A stretch of 64,000 nucleotides of DNA from Mobula hypostoma (taxonomy: Eukaryota): contig NC_086111.1 of assembly GCF_963921235.1 (NCBI RefSeq), positions 59,644,001 through 59,708,000 on the forward strand, in the 5' to 3' direction. Shown here in pieces: positions 1 through 12,590 of this stretch (positions within the stretch are counted from its first letter, which is position 1; each line of letters begins with the position of its first letter). The notes beneath the pieces were generated by a model, which was not told the origin of the DNA, did not search any database, and saw only the letters and a list, made by a program, of their open reading frames with translations. The translations under genes and the position numbers were made by a program.

Positions 1-148
1 CGTCTGTTGCCTTTTGGACAATGGTTGAACACCCAAGTAGATGTGCTTTCATTGATTCCATTATGGATTTATTGAGTATCCCCACAAGAAAATAAATCCC
101 AGAGTTGTCTATGTTGCACATGTACTTTGATAATAAATTTACTTTGAA
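1..148 (+). mobile_element. 3' tail of a LINE (Rex1/Babar-like)
   Basis: Ends in gataataaatttactttgaa; similar sequence recurs at about 61190-61350 downstream of Rex1-like sequence. Confidence 0.5.
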
Positions 149-1339
149 AAGAAAATAACTGTTATTCCAAGCAGTTCTTTTGATAAGACACACTTTGGGC
201 TGCATCTGGCTAATGAAAACAGTAGAGATATACCAATTTCTTCCACACAGTACCCTCTCCAGCTTAATTGCTCGCCGAGGGTACTGACTGTGTGGAGTTT
301 ACAAGTTCCTCTGGAATTTGCTTCCCCAATGCTAAAGCTGGGCTAGTAGTTCAACTGGCCACTGTGAATTGCCCACATACTAGGGCAAAAGATGTGAGGT
401 GGGAGGGACAGGGGTAAGTTTGTTGGCAACGTGAGTGTATAGGTTGCAGGGAAATAAGTGGGAGAATTAAACTGATGGGAACACTCAGAGAGCTGACATG
501 GACTCCATGATCGCCTTCAGACACATGAAACAAATAGGGAAATGACTCAGATTTGAAGCACAGTATTAAGGATTTCAGCAACCATTACATCATCAAGGAA
601 GACTAGAAACAAGCTGTTTACTTTCCTATCAGAATACCGGACCATAAGCTCTTCTGTCTGACAGTTTAGTCGAGCGATGCAACGTTAGCAAATGTAACAT
701 GAACGAAATGGTCTGAACATTAGAACTTGTATGTCCTATATATTGTGTCACCCCGAGTCTTCGCAGCAATGTGAATAGTCAGAAGTTAACATTAAGTTAT
801 TAGACAAGTGACCAGATGGTTAGCAAAAGAGGTGTCATGTTATTAGTGCACAAATATCCGTGAGCCTCACAGTAAATGAGGAAATGCTGCTGCCTCAAAG
901 AATTCACGACAAGCTATCTAACAAAAAGAAGCCCACACATCTTTCAGTATTTTTCAGCGAACGAATTAATGGCAATGCTGACCATATTTAAATGATCACA
1001 TTTTAATTTTAGCATTTTGCACTGCAGCCTTAACTTTGGCATTTCCTCAATCATTCGTTAACTCCGTATATCTGGAATAATGGAACCTATCTACCGCCTG
1101 GAACTACCGCTTAAAACAACACAGTTGGACCTGGTGTTTAAAAATAAAGCATCAAACTGTTGGAGCAACTCAACGGGTCTAGCAGCATCTGTGGAGGTAT
1201 CCGGATAGTCGATGTTTGAACCAGGTTATAGCAGCAGCAATCTCTTGTCCCATTATCAATTAAACGTCTATAAATGTAAAACATATTCTTTATTAAACCC
1301 CTCTATTGTTTTCTGAGTGAATTGCAGCATTTCTTTCTT

Positions 1340-2200
1340 GCACCGAGGGACAATGAGTGGGTGATTGACAGCCCAGTTTACAAGAACATTTTATATCATT
1401 CTCTCCCTCCTCCCGCGTTACCTGAGATCCTGCCGTGCTGCTCATTACTCTGGAGCACGCTGGTGGCACTTTCTTTAGCGTCTTCAGCGCCGCCCGAGCG
1501 ACCCGGCTCAGCGACAGCGGAGCGCTCATTCTGGGGCGCTGCAGCCACTCGCCGGCGCTCGGGCTCATCATTGTGTCGGCGGCGCGCCTATCAATCCCTC
1601 CCGCGCCCCGCACGTCACCGCCCCCCCGGCTGATTGACAGCTCGGCACCCCTCCCCCCCCCGGCGGCCTCGCCCACAGCGCCTCCTGTGGCGCCCGCCTG
1701 GCATAACATCCCCTCGCCCGCCGCAAAAGCGAAGCCTTTTAACATCCGCAGTTACGCACAGAGAAAGGAGGCACCCAGCCACCCTCAACGCCAACCCAAC
1801 CCAATGCAATGTGCGCCGGGAGGGGGAGGTGGCGCAGATCATATTAGCAGACTTTCGAAGTGAATAGAGATAGGACGATACTGCTTCAGTCTAGAGATAA
1901 AGCGTTGACGGATCGGCGGTGGAGATGGAATCAACCCAAAGGCGAAAACACAGACCCTATATAGGTGAGAATATACAGTATGACCCCAGGCAACAGGTCG
2001 GAACGGCCCTCGATGAGTTTTCAAATAATTGTTCCCGTGCGCCTGTGTATCACAAATGGATCGTACGAACATTCGGGGCTTTCGGAGGTGAGGTACAGTG
2101 ACTGAAACACAAGAAATCCCCTGGAAGTCTGAAGTAAAGACGGAAGTTGCCAGGGTTGGGAGGGCGGATCAGGGAGCATCAGTGAAGATTCGACTTGTTG
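1340..2200. promoter_or_regulatory. CpG island / promoter of the unidentified minus-strand gene
   Basis: GC- and CpG-rich against an AT-rich background. TGATTGACAG at 1362-1371 and 1631-1640, CACGTCA at 1611-1617, GC-box-like runs. Confidence 0.7.
1422..1571 (-). CDS. Putative first coding exon of an unidentified gene; N-terminus resembles a mitochondrial presequence (MMSPSAGEWLQRPRMSAPLSLSRVARAALKTLKKVPPACSRVMSSTAGSQ)
   Basis: Inside a CpG island. ATG in acaATG context at 1571, 50 open codons, then CAG|gtaacg donor at 1421. After Met15 the peptide is Arg/Lys/Ser/Ala/Leu-rich with no acidic residues. No further exon recognised in the window. Confidence 0.55.
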
Positions 2201-3624
2201 GCCGAGAGCGTTAACTCTGTTTCTCTCTGGATGAATACTGCCTGAACTGCTGAGTGGTTGACCTTTTCTGACTTTTAAATATGGTTTACAGCGCCATTCA
2301 ACATTCGGTTTTCATTTAGATCCCAGCCCCTCATTATGCAGTGGCGGGAGTCTTCAAGCTCCTGAACCTTCTCCTGGAGGGAAGAGGGACGAAAAGTGTG
2401 TTGGCTGGGTGGGTCGTGTCCTTGATTATCCCGGCAGCACTGCTCCAACAGCGTGCGGTGTAAAGTGAGTCCAAGGACGGAAGATTGGTGTGTGTGATGT
2501 GCTGGGCTGTGTTATATAAAACTTATATAAAACATTAAGGAAAAGTTTTTAAAAATGTGTGAATAGAAAGGAGGAATTAACGTGAAAATATTTCCACATT
2601 TAGGCAGGGGAGAGTAGAGGCATCGCCAAAAAATAATGGCCAAGCTTCTCAGAAATGGACAGAAAATAATTCTAAACACACAGGTTACAGAACATTTCCC
2701 CTCTTCCTCCTTTCCATAAGACCTCTTTTTGTGTACCCCAGCCTGATGCGGGCCTAGTGAAACAGCTTGATAAGCCTACATGGCCACAACAAAGTGTGGC
2801 TAAATTTAGGCATAAATATAATCCTAACTTCAGCCACACCACCTAAAAAGCTGTGGAAGTTCTTACATTGTTCAAGTACCAAACAGATCCATTTTCCCAC
2901 AACTCTCTGTCCTTCCAATTAATTACCAATAATTTGTGAATAATTGATCATCACTTCGTATAGCTTAATTTGGGGATAAGGTTTCTGCCAGCACTGTTCA
3001 TTCCAGAAAACACAACATAAAGTGTATCATGTAAGTCAAACTTGGCACTGTTGGTACTAAGTCTGAAATGCACTTTGGGTAATTCCAAGTATATCTGGTG
3101 CTATAAACATTTCCAATCATGGCAGACAGCACAGACCACACTAAAAATGTGTGGAATCTTTGTGCTTACAGTTCCAGCAAAATTGGCATCTACAGCACCT
3201 ATACACTGACCTTTACGGCTGACCCAACTAAAGAAAATGAGCAGTTAAGGGCAGTGATGCTGAATATGTATCTGTCAGTACCTCCAGTTGAACTGCTATT
3301 TCTGTGTTTCCCCCTTGCCATCAATCTGTGGTTTTGTATTACCATGTGCTCTTGTTTGTTTTCATGCCCCATGTGCTCCTGACCCCGCTCCTGCTCTACT
3401 CGGGCCCCTGTATTTCTGAGTACTCCATCTCTCACCTCTTTCTCATTATTACCTTGTGTCTCATTAGAGGGGGATTATTACCTTGTGCCGAGGGGGATCA
3501 CAAAGTGGAGGAAAGAGGACCGGGTTGAGACAACAGAGACTTATGGAGAAGAGGATATCCGTGGGTAATACCGTTCCAGCTGACCGGAAGTGCACTGAGA
3601 GCGGTAAGCATAAAGGAGTTAGGT

Positions 3625-3990
3625 GCTTACTGATCTGGTTAACAACGGATGGTGCAATCCGGGTCATAATACGATCGAGGAACGTGTTTGTAGACCGAAT
3701 ATTGAACTTTTTACTGTCGGACTTCGGCCACATTCCACCGTGATACAACACCTGGTGGCACGGGAGGTCGTTCCTACCTGTGGCCATCGAACGTGCAGCT
3801 CCTCCCATGGAGGGTCAGACACCCTGAGCCAATAGACTGGTCCTGGACTTATTTTCCATCTGGCATAGTTTGCATTTTGTTGTTTGATTGTTTGTGGTTT
3901 ATGTATTGCTATATTTACACTCTATTCTTGGTTGGTGCGGCTGTAACAAAACCAAATTTCCCTCGGGATTAATAAAGTATATCTATCTAT
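3625..3990 (+). mobile_element. Rex1/Babar-like LINE 3' fragment
   Basis: Degenerate RT C-terminal sequence (…RSFLPVAI…) followed by a 3' UTR ending aataaagtatatctatcta. Confidence 0.5.
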
Positions 3991-5879
3991 TATGCTCCAC
4001 CAATCATCCGACTCTCTGTTTATTGCTCAGTGTATTTCAGTCCTGTGTTTTCACCTGTTTGTTGCCAGATTGTGCCAGTGAATTTCTCTGGATATTTTGA
4101 TCTCTGCATAAACTTTGATGCTGACTTTGTTTGCACCTTGGGATTTGTTACTCAATTAATATCACTGTGTGCACGGTACTGGGTCTATGATTGGATCCCT
4201 GCTCCAGTGTCCTGACAGTATCTTATAACTAAACATACAACTTTTAAGAAAGTAAAAGAATTAAAAGATAAATTTCTTGAATGTTTGATTACAGGGCCAA
4301 TTAATATATATTAATTTTAGTACCAGCATTTTTGGTTATTAAATCATGTGTTTTATTGACAAATTTATTGGATGAATCTTTCCTTAACTGTGTGTATTGT
4401 AAACTTTGCATGAACTACAGCAAACTCACAAATGAATACTATGCCTCCTTTACAATCAAGGATATTTTCAGATAATTTTGGAGCTAAAAATGTACTGAAT
4501 GATAAATGAAACTTTTAGAATTTATTGAATGACACAAATACTTAATTAGCTTTTTTATAATTATATAAAACAGAGCACATGAAATCCAACAGAAGATGTA
4601 TTGTCCATTAAATGCATGCTCTTGTCACATGCACGAATTATAAGACTAACGATAGATTTAGTTTCAACAATGGGGTTTTAGATGTAGACTGCAACTTTAA
4701 TATACTAAAATGATTCAATGCACTTCACAGGAACTTGAAACAGATTCTGGCACTGAGCCACATTAGAGTAAATGTCAAAAACCTGATCAAAGGGGTAGAC
4801 TTTGATTGCTTAATTCAGGAAAGATTTGGGGAAGGTTCTCCAAAGCGTAGGGGCTTGGCAGTTCAATACGCTATTGATAATGCTAGTGCAACCATCAAAA
4901 GGAGTGTTCAGTATGCCAAAATTTGCAGCAGCAAAGGAAAGTTGTAGGCAAGAATTTACTGAGTCAGAGAGGGACAAGATCACAGATATATTTGAAAACA
5001 TACTTGTGAGTTTAAAAATTGGTATGTTATTTAATCAGAAGCTAATGTCAGAGTACAGTTAAGTGAATGGACACAAGCAATAATTTTGGAAAACTTTAAA
5101 CATGAAAGGTAGGAAAAGGGAGGCTGGCCAGGAGTAATTGACCTGTAATGTTGACTCTATTTCTGACTCCTCAGATATTGCATAAGCTGCTGAGTATCAC
5201 TAACATTTTTTTAAAAATTTCTTATCTTCAGTGTTTTGGATTAGAATAGTTAAGCAATTACGGTGCGGATGAGACTTTAGGAAGCAGATAAAGTGAAGTA
5301 CAGGCAAAATCGGGTAATGTCACAGAAATGCAGCTAGGTAGTCTTACTGAGTTTCTTCGAGTCTAGTGCAGTTGCGTAGCCAAATCCCAAATCAAAGTCT
5401 ATATAACCAGTCTGGTTCACCTGCAAATAGTTACTAGTAAAAGAATAATGTCAATGATCTGTTAGCGAATAGCATTGAAGACAAATTCAAACAATTGAAA
5501 GTCACACTGACATGGCTGTTGAATCAGGGTATTCCACAAAGCATATTTTCAGCCTGGGCACTTCCAACCATGTCTCCAGAACTTTTTTGCAGTGATATTA
5601 AAAGTACTCAAGTATTGATTTTTTTTTGTGTGTTGAGTACTTATTGATCATGTATTTTACTAACTCGTTTGGTTCAGCTTGGAGATGTGAATCTCCCTCA
5701 GCTCTCCTGTGTTTAATACTGATCCTCCTTTATATGTTATTGATCAGAATGCTCAGAATTTTTAGCTGAAAGATCATAATTTGCTCTGGACAAATTCGGT
5801 GGGATTGCACAGATGGCGACTGGGTGGGATTATAAAGTGATGACTGGTAGGTGGGGAAGTTTATAAAAGTGTGACTTCA

Positions 5880-7012
5880 AGAATCCAGGGGCATCGTGTT
5901 CCTGCTAGAATGAAGCTCAAGGCTGGGAAGTTCAGGAAACCCCCCTGTTGATGAGAGATACTGAAATTTAGGTCAGGAAAAAGGGAGCATACATAGGTAT
6001 TGAAATATTGAAAGAATACACTTAAAATAATCCTCAGAGGTGCAGATGCACATCAGCCTGAAGCACTTCACCTTTTCCAATGCTGACTCCTTGATGGGGA
6101 TTAGTGTAGATGTAGAATCTCCTGCCTTTCCCTTCCTATGACTAGTGGTGTGCCACAGAGATTAGTACTGGAGCCTTTGTTATTTATATAAGGCTTTGTT
6201 ACACATACAAGGCATGATTAGCAAGTTTGATGATACTAAAATAGGTGGTACTGCAGAAAGTGAAGAATGTTGAAATTAAAAGAGGGATCTTGGTTAACTG
6301 GGTGAGTGGGACAAGGATTGAAAAATTGCTTTCAGTTAGGTTAAGAAAAAAGTGTTGCTTTTCAGGATGTCAAGCCAGTGTGGAATTTGTATATTGAATG
6401 GCCAGGCCCTCAGAGTATTGTGGAACGGAGGGAGCTAGGACTATGAGTGTGTAGTTTACTGTAGGCAGTTTGACAGGTATACGGGGTTGTGAAGAAGGCA
6501 CTTAGCACACTTCAGCAGCCAGGCATTGAGTTCAGGAGTTGGGACGTAATTTTGCGGTTATACAAGATGTTGGAACATTGTGCACAGTTTTGGTCACACT
6601 CTTACATAAAAGTCATCATTAAACTGGAAAAGAGTGCAGAGGAGATTTACAAGGATACTGCCAGGATTTGAGGGCTTAAATTACAGGGAGCAATTGGGCA
6701 GCTAGGACTTCTTTGCTTGGAATGGAGGAGAATCGAGAGGTGATCTTGGAGAGGTATGTAAAATCATGAAGGGCATAGACAGGGTCTTTTCTCCAGAGGA
6801 GGGCAATTAAAAACTAGAGGGCATAGGTTTAAGCTGCTTCCATTTGGCTGATACGTGAGTATATGGAATGAACTGATTGAAGCAGATACAATAACTACAT
6901 TCGAAATACATCTGAATTTGAGGTATAGAGGGACATCAGCCAAATACAGGCAAATGGTACTACGTGGTGGGCACCAGGGTTATCATAGATGTTTGGCAGA
7001 AAGGCTGCATTA
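5880..7012 (+). mobile_element. Degenerate CR1 LINE fragments
   Basis: ORF 6489-6671 (GIEFRSWDVILRLYKMLEHCAQFWS) resembles the CR1 ORF2 C-terminus; similar to the copy at 24.2-25.6 kb. Confidence 0.7.
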
Positions 7013-7020
7013 CTCTAACT

Positions 7021-9048
7021 CAGTGATACCCTATGTGGGTGGTACGTGTCCTTAGGGGGCGTTAGGGGAAATAGCCGTCGGGGGTAGGGGGGAGCAGTAA
7101 ATGCACCCTAACTTGAGGCATAAGACGTGACTGACCGTGTCAACTCGCTGCCGTTGTCAACATCCGATGGGCATTCCCAGATTGTGTTAATTTTTAAAAA
7201 AATTTAATTTAGTCACGTTAATGATGGATAAATATGTACGGCACAATCTCTGAAGGCGGTGAAGCCTTGAATTCCACTCCTACGAAGAAACAGAAGTGTG
7301 TCAACACAATGTTACATACCTGGAGTACGGTTTTATTCCGTTCTCGTCAGATCAGCGCAGGATTTACATTTCCGTAAAAGACACCCTGAGAAGGCTACTT
7401 ATGATATTAATCAGTTCCACAAGATGAAAGAAGCAATTGCATACTCGAATCATTTGCCAAGAAAGCTAAAAATGACCTTGATAGTGGACTCATGGTTTCT
7501 TATAACATTTTCAAAATGATAAAGTGTGGGAAATCTCATACAATTGATGAAAGATTAATAATGCCTGCTGTATCAGAAATGCTCACCACTGTCCTCAAGA
7601 TGGATACTAGTATTTTAAAATCAATTCCTCTGAGTAACAAGTCTGTAGCCTGTCGTATTGACGGAATGAGTGAAGACATTGAGTATCAAATATGCAGAGC
7701 TACAGATAAAGTATTTGCATGTGTACAGTTTATCAAAATGGAAAAGTTTATGAAGGTTCTCTTTTGTAAAAAGTTAAAAAACGGAGAATCAATCTACGAC
7801 CTGATCAAAACGTACATCAAGGATAAAAGTATTCTGATTAGGAATGTGATTTCCGTTGCAATCGATGGAGCACCATACATGACAGATCATCATACTGTTT
7901 TAGTGGCATTTATGAGAAAAGAAATTACAAGTGTTTGCAATCCATCGTCAACATCTTACAGCCAAAAAAGTCAGCCAGTGACTTTTTTTCAAGCATGACT
8001 CTTGTAATATCTGTTATCAACAAAATTAAAGCTCATCCGTTAAGTAGCAGAATATTTTGCCAGTTATGCCAATATAACAATGAAGAGTTTGAACACTTGC
8101 TTCTTCACACTGAAGTGCACTGGATGCCAAAAGGCTGCTGCTTAAAACGTTTCTTTGATCTTTTTGACACTGTTGTTGATTTTTTGCTCAAAGTTGACAA
8201 GCTTGGGAAACAAGATTGAACAACTTCTTGGAGACGTGGCATACTTTGCTAATCTGTATGACAAAATGCACGTTCTAAATATAAAACTGCAGACAGAATT
8301 TCAATTTAATCCAGGCAAAAAGTGCAGGCAGAAAATCGTAAATATATAAGCAAAACATTAGGAGATGAATATTCTCAGTTTCCCTGTATGGAAAATATGA
8401 CTCTCTTTCAAAGATGGTGATTTGCAAGAGTACTGCTTACACCTGCAGTCATTGAAGAAGGATTTTCTGAATCAATTCAAGGATTTAGATTGGGTAATTA
8501 ACCCATTTCTTTGCAATGTGAAAGAACAGGAAGAGAATTTGCAAAAAGAAATATCAAAATTCAGAATGATAAGCAAAAATGCTTTTCAAAATATTGGGTT
8601 TTGTGGTATATGGTGCATTGTCATATGAAGTTTCCAGGTCTTTAAAAACAGCCAAACTACTCATTGCATTTCTATCCTCTTACCTTGTTGAAAAGGTCTT
8701 CAGTACGGTGAACCACATACTCACAAAAAAACAGAAACTGCTTGGACATTGTTACACGTGAGGACTTAAAGGCTTTTGCTGTCACAACTTGAACCAAATA
8801 TTTCAACTCTTGCTAAAAAGATATCTAAACTGTGTACAGTGCATAGGTACTGTGGAAGCTAGGTTTAAAGACAATTTAGTTTTTCTCATGTTAGCATATG
8901 GTAGACATGTTTTTACACTATGGGGGTGCCAGAAAGTATATTGCGCCCAAGGGACATTGGCAAGTATGAAGGTGCTTTAGGGGGGCATTGGCAAGTAAGA
9001 AAGTGCTTTTGGGGGGTATGTTGGGCTAAATAAAAATTTGGGAAACTG
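7021..9048 (+). mobile_element. Decayed hAT (Charlie/Buster-type) DNA transposon
   Basis: Starts CAGTG, ends GGGAAACTG, flanked by near-identical 8-mers CTCTAACT (7013-7020) and CTCTAATT (9049-9056). Frameshifted transposase fragments (IPLSNKSV..RI, DGAPYM, LLLHTEVHW, SSYLVEKVFS) in ORFs 7492-8761. Confidence 0.85.
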
Positions 9049-10844
9049 CTCTAATTTTAACTGTGATTGACTAACGTTATTTTTTAAAATTAGTCTTCAA
9101 TTTGACTGTAGTTCTGGTGGATTTGATCTGTACATTATACCACATAGTATTGAACTTCAAGGTACAAGTCATTGATATGAACTAAAGACAGGTACCAATG
9201 CAGTGACCTCAGGAATCAGTACGCACAAACATAATTTTAAGAAAAGCACCCTTGGCCTCGTATCATGACCATTTATCCCCTTCTTCTATCACTGATCCAC
9301 GTGCAAAAAAGATGGAAGGAAAACCCAAGCCCAATAAAAGGGAAATATTCTGTAGACAAACTCCCGAGTATCTCAAATAATAACAAACAGTAACAGATGT
9401 TGTCATCGTCACTCCTTTCCATGCCTTGTGGCCCATCAGGCACCAACCTTGCTGTTTCTTCAGCACTTTTGCCTATTTTTTTTTAAAATTAAGGCCGAGT
9501 TGCTAACTTGATACTCAACCTATCTCCGATGAAAAGCATGCAAGGACCTGGCCAGATTGGAACCCGGGACCACTCGCCTTGAAGTCCAGTGCAGATGCCC
9601 CGGTTGGCTTACTAGTAGATGAGTCAAGTTTCATTCATAAAGATATTGCCCTTTTCCTCAAAATGCAATTTTCAGTTTGGGTAACTCCCTATTCAAAGTG
9701 CACCATAATAACACCAGTAGTATATTCCAGAAATGCTATTACTTCTTGGAAAAAGAGCAGCCCAATATTTAGTCAATTCATAGCCTCAAATCAATCAGTC
9801 TCATTTCCCTCCGATCCTTCAAGTCACTAAAATGGAATTCAACATCAAGAGGTGAACTATTCAATTTTAAAAAGGCCCAAGTTAGACTGCACCTAAAGTT
9901 ACACTATTATAAATAGACCATGATCATAGCTCATCTAAATAACTGGGAAAGCAGCCAGGAATCATTCTGGACTATTTCCAAGGGCATATACCATGCAGGG
10001 ACCAGACTTGAGAGCACCCCTGCAGAGACAATTGCAGCACTGACTTGTGTAATTTTACTACAGGGTTCCACATTATAATCTAACATCTAGCAAATTTGTT
10101 GCTGGTGCTTAACATGTGCAAGAGTATCAGCTGCTAGTGGTTATCACTTCTACAAATTTACTTCTATTGATAGCAGTACTAGACGTACAAACTAATTACA
10201 ATACAAAACCATTTTCCTCTCCCTCAAAATGGCTTACTGTGGACAACTAAAGCTTCCAGAATTGGGATCACCAAGCTCAGTTCAGGACAATTTCTAAACT
10301 TGAGCCCTCCCTGCTCTGAATGGTTCACAAACATTTAGGCTTAGTAAGTCTAGTGATACTCAATGTAACAGGCATTTAGCAGAGCAATAATAACTCCTAG
10401 TGATATGTCAAAAGGCTTCAACAAATCTAACTAATAGCTTCCTATCTTCCTCAGTCTGCAGTTAGTTCATCAGAAGGTTCAGATGGCAACAATTATACAA
10501 GGGAGCTAAGTTATCATCAAAACAGTCCAAAATATTATGAACAATTGGAAGTTTGAAAATATAGAATCCAAAAGCAAATGGACCACATAGCTAGCTACTG
10601 AAGTTTTTGCAAGAATATTCTCAAACACTATAGATTTCCAACTTTAGGTAATTCAATGTAAATAATAGTAAAAAGTATGCCAAAATATAGAATAAATGAA
10701 TAAATATAACAAATGGCCTAGCAACTTGAAGTTTTTAAAAGCTGTAAAGGTTTGAGATTTAATATTTAATAAAACAATGTACTAAAAATGTTCCTATGTT
10801 AATAAATGTGTTTCTGTGGCATAAACACAGCAATACTGATGACC

Positions 10845-10850
10845 TTTATT
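10845..10850 (-). terminator. ISY1: Candidate ISY1 polyadenylation signal AATAAA
   Basis: tttatt on the plus strand about 750 nt past the stop codon; an ATTAAA alternative lies at 11347-11352. Confidence 0.45.
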
Positions 10851-11600
10851 TACAACTACTTATGTTAATCTGATATGAACAGATACCCAAGAAATAATTT
10901 AAAGTCATTAAAACTATTCAGCCTATCATTGATTAATTGCTTTAAAAAGACTTCAAAATTGACAGACTATTTCTTATGTTATTCTACATTTAGCCACGTC
11001 TCTATTGTTTATCATATATACCTTATGAATAAGATTAAATTTGAGAACATGAACAGAAATTCAAAAATATTTCAGTGAAAGAAATTTCAATTCATTACAA
11101 ACAGTCAAAATGATTTTTATCCAGATTGTGGAGCTAAACATGTTTTAACTCCAAATTTCTCCTTGAACATTTAAAAACAATACTGTATTAACTTTGAGGT
11201 AACCACCTCAATGGAAAAAAAACATTCTGCTCAACACCTTAAATAAAAGATGTATAGATTCTACATAAAACAAAACTGAATGAACACTACCATCAGAGCA
11301 TATAGAAAACAAAATTCAGACCTATGACATTGTAAAAAGATACATTTTTAATAAAACAATCTATAAAAATTAGAAATGAAAATTTTCCAATTCACATTGA
11401 GAAATGAAGGCTGATATATACAGGAAGTGTTGTTTAGAATTTTTTGGAACCAACAAAGCGACATTAAAAAATAAAATTACTTTGATCACTATGCAAAAGT
11501 TTAGCATTGTAACAAGAGTGAAAAGTAGTCTGCAGTCTTTCTTCTGTAAAATTTTCATCGTGGCTTTTTATAAAACAAGTCCTTGTGAATAAACAATTTG

Positions 11601-11708
11601 TTACAATCCCAGAAGTCTTTTAGCATCTTCACTTTGAGCCATTAAAGCCTCACTTGCATATTTCTGTAACAGCTCCATTTTCTTCCGTCGTACAAGTGCC
11701 TCCTCAAT
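11601..11708 (-). CDS. ISY1: ISY1 exon 11 (last coding exon)
   Basis: cag acceptor; IEEALVRRKKMELLQKYASEALMAQSEDAKRLLGL then TAA at 11603-11601. Confidence 0.95.
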   Translation of the reverse strand: MEEALVRRKKMELLQKYASEALMAQSEDAKRLLGL

Positions 11709-12010
11709 CTGCAATGATAAAAATGGAATAAGTTATCAAATTATACAATGACAAAATATGATCCAAATTGAAAAATAGGTTAAGTACTTAAAATTACATG
11801 CTGTAAAGCAGAACCATTTGCCACTATTGAAAGAGCTCAAATCAGATATCAAGCACTTGTGACTTATATTTTCTTATAAATGTCCTTTAGATGACAATTT
11901 AAGATCTGAAGCTTTTTTAAAAAAAAGAGCAACAAAGCTTTAAAATAATGAATCTTCACATGATAACAGACAACTTTAACGTAACTGTACTTTCTTCAAA
12001 ATACTCTTAC

Positions 12011-12097
12011 CTCTTTTTGTGATGGCACAGGAACATGAGCTATGAATTTTTGCTGGTCTTCCTCTCCTTCCATCTGTTCCCCAGTGTCTTCATCGGA
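12011..12097 (-). CDS. ISY1: ISY1 exon 10
   Basis: tag acceptor, gtaaga donor; SDEDTGEQMEGEEDQQKFIAHVPVPSQKE. Confidence 0.95.
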
Positions 12098-12317
12098 CTA
12101 AAGAACAAAATATAAATAACATTTGAGATATTAAGGAAAGAAATAATCAGTATTTATCTTAAAAGTAATATACGTTTAATTTTTTAAAAATACGTAGATT
12201 TCAAGGTATTGAGATGACATGTAAAAGCACTAACATTTTGTTTTTGAACAATACAAATCTTTCTCCAGCAGAAATTGCTCCACAATTCAACAAAAAGGCA
12301 CAAGCACATAATTGCAA

Positions 12318-12590
12318 AACACTCTGATGAAGGGTTTTTGACCCGAAACATTAATTCCGTTTTTCTATGCAAGATTGCGGTCTGACATTCCGAGTATTTC
12401 CAGCATTTACTGTTTTTGTTCTGAAGAAGGGTCTCAGCCTGAGATGTCATTTCCATAGATGCTGCCTGACCTGCTGAGTTCCTCCAGCATTGTGTGTGTG
12501 TTACTTTGGATTGTCAGCATCTGTAGACTTTCTCGTGTTTATGATTTACTGTTTTTGTTTCAAACTTCTAGCATCTGTAGTGGTTTTGAG
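12318..12590 (+). mobile_element. Nested short non-autonomous PLE-derived elements with degenerate hammerhead cores
   Basis: CTGATGA-A-GGGT-ttttg-ACCC-GAAA at 12324-12348 and CTGAAGA-AGGGTCTCAGCCT-GAGA at 12421-12444, each followed by the gatgctgcctgacctgctgagt…ccagca tail shared with the young PLE. Confidence 0.7.

Noticed and set aside
7492-8761. Domesticated ZBED/GTF2IRD2/SCAND3-like gene
   Set aside because: Multiple frameshifts and stops plus retained termini and TSD indicate a dead transposon.
2200-11600. RAB43 exons or an ISY1-RAB43 read-through, expected from human synteny
   Set aside because: No Rab GTPase motifs (GxxxxGKT, WDTAGQE) recognised in the ORF track or by eye.
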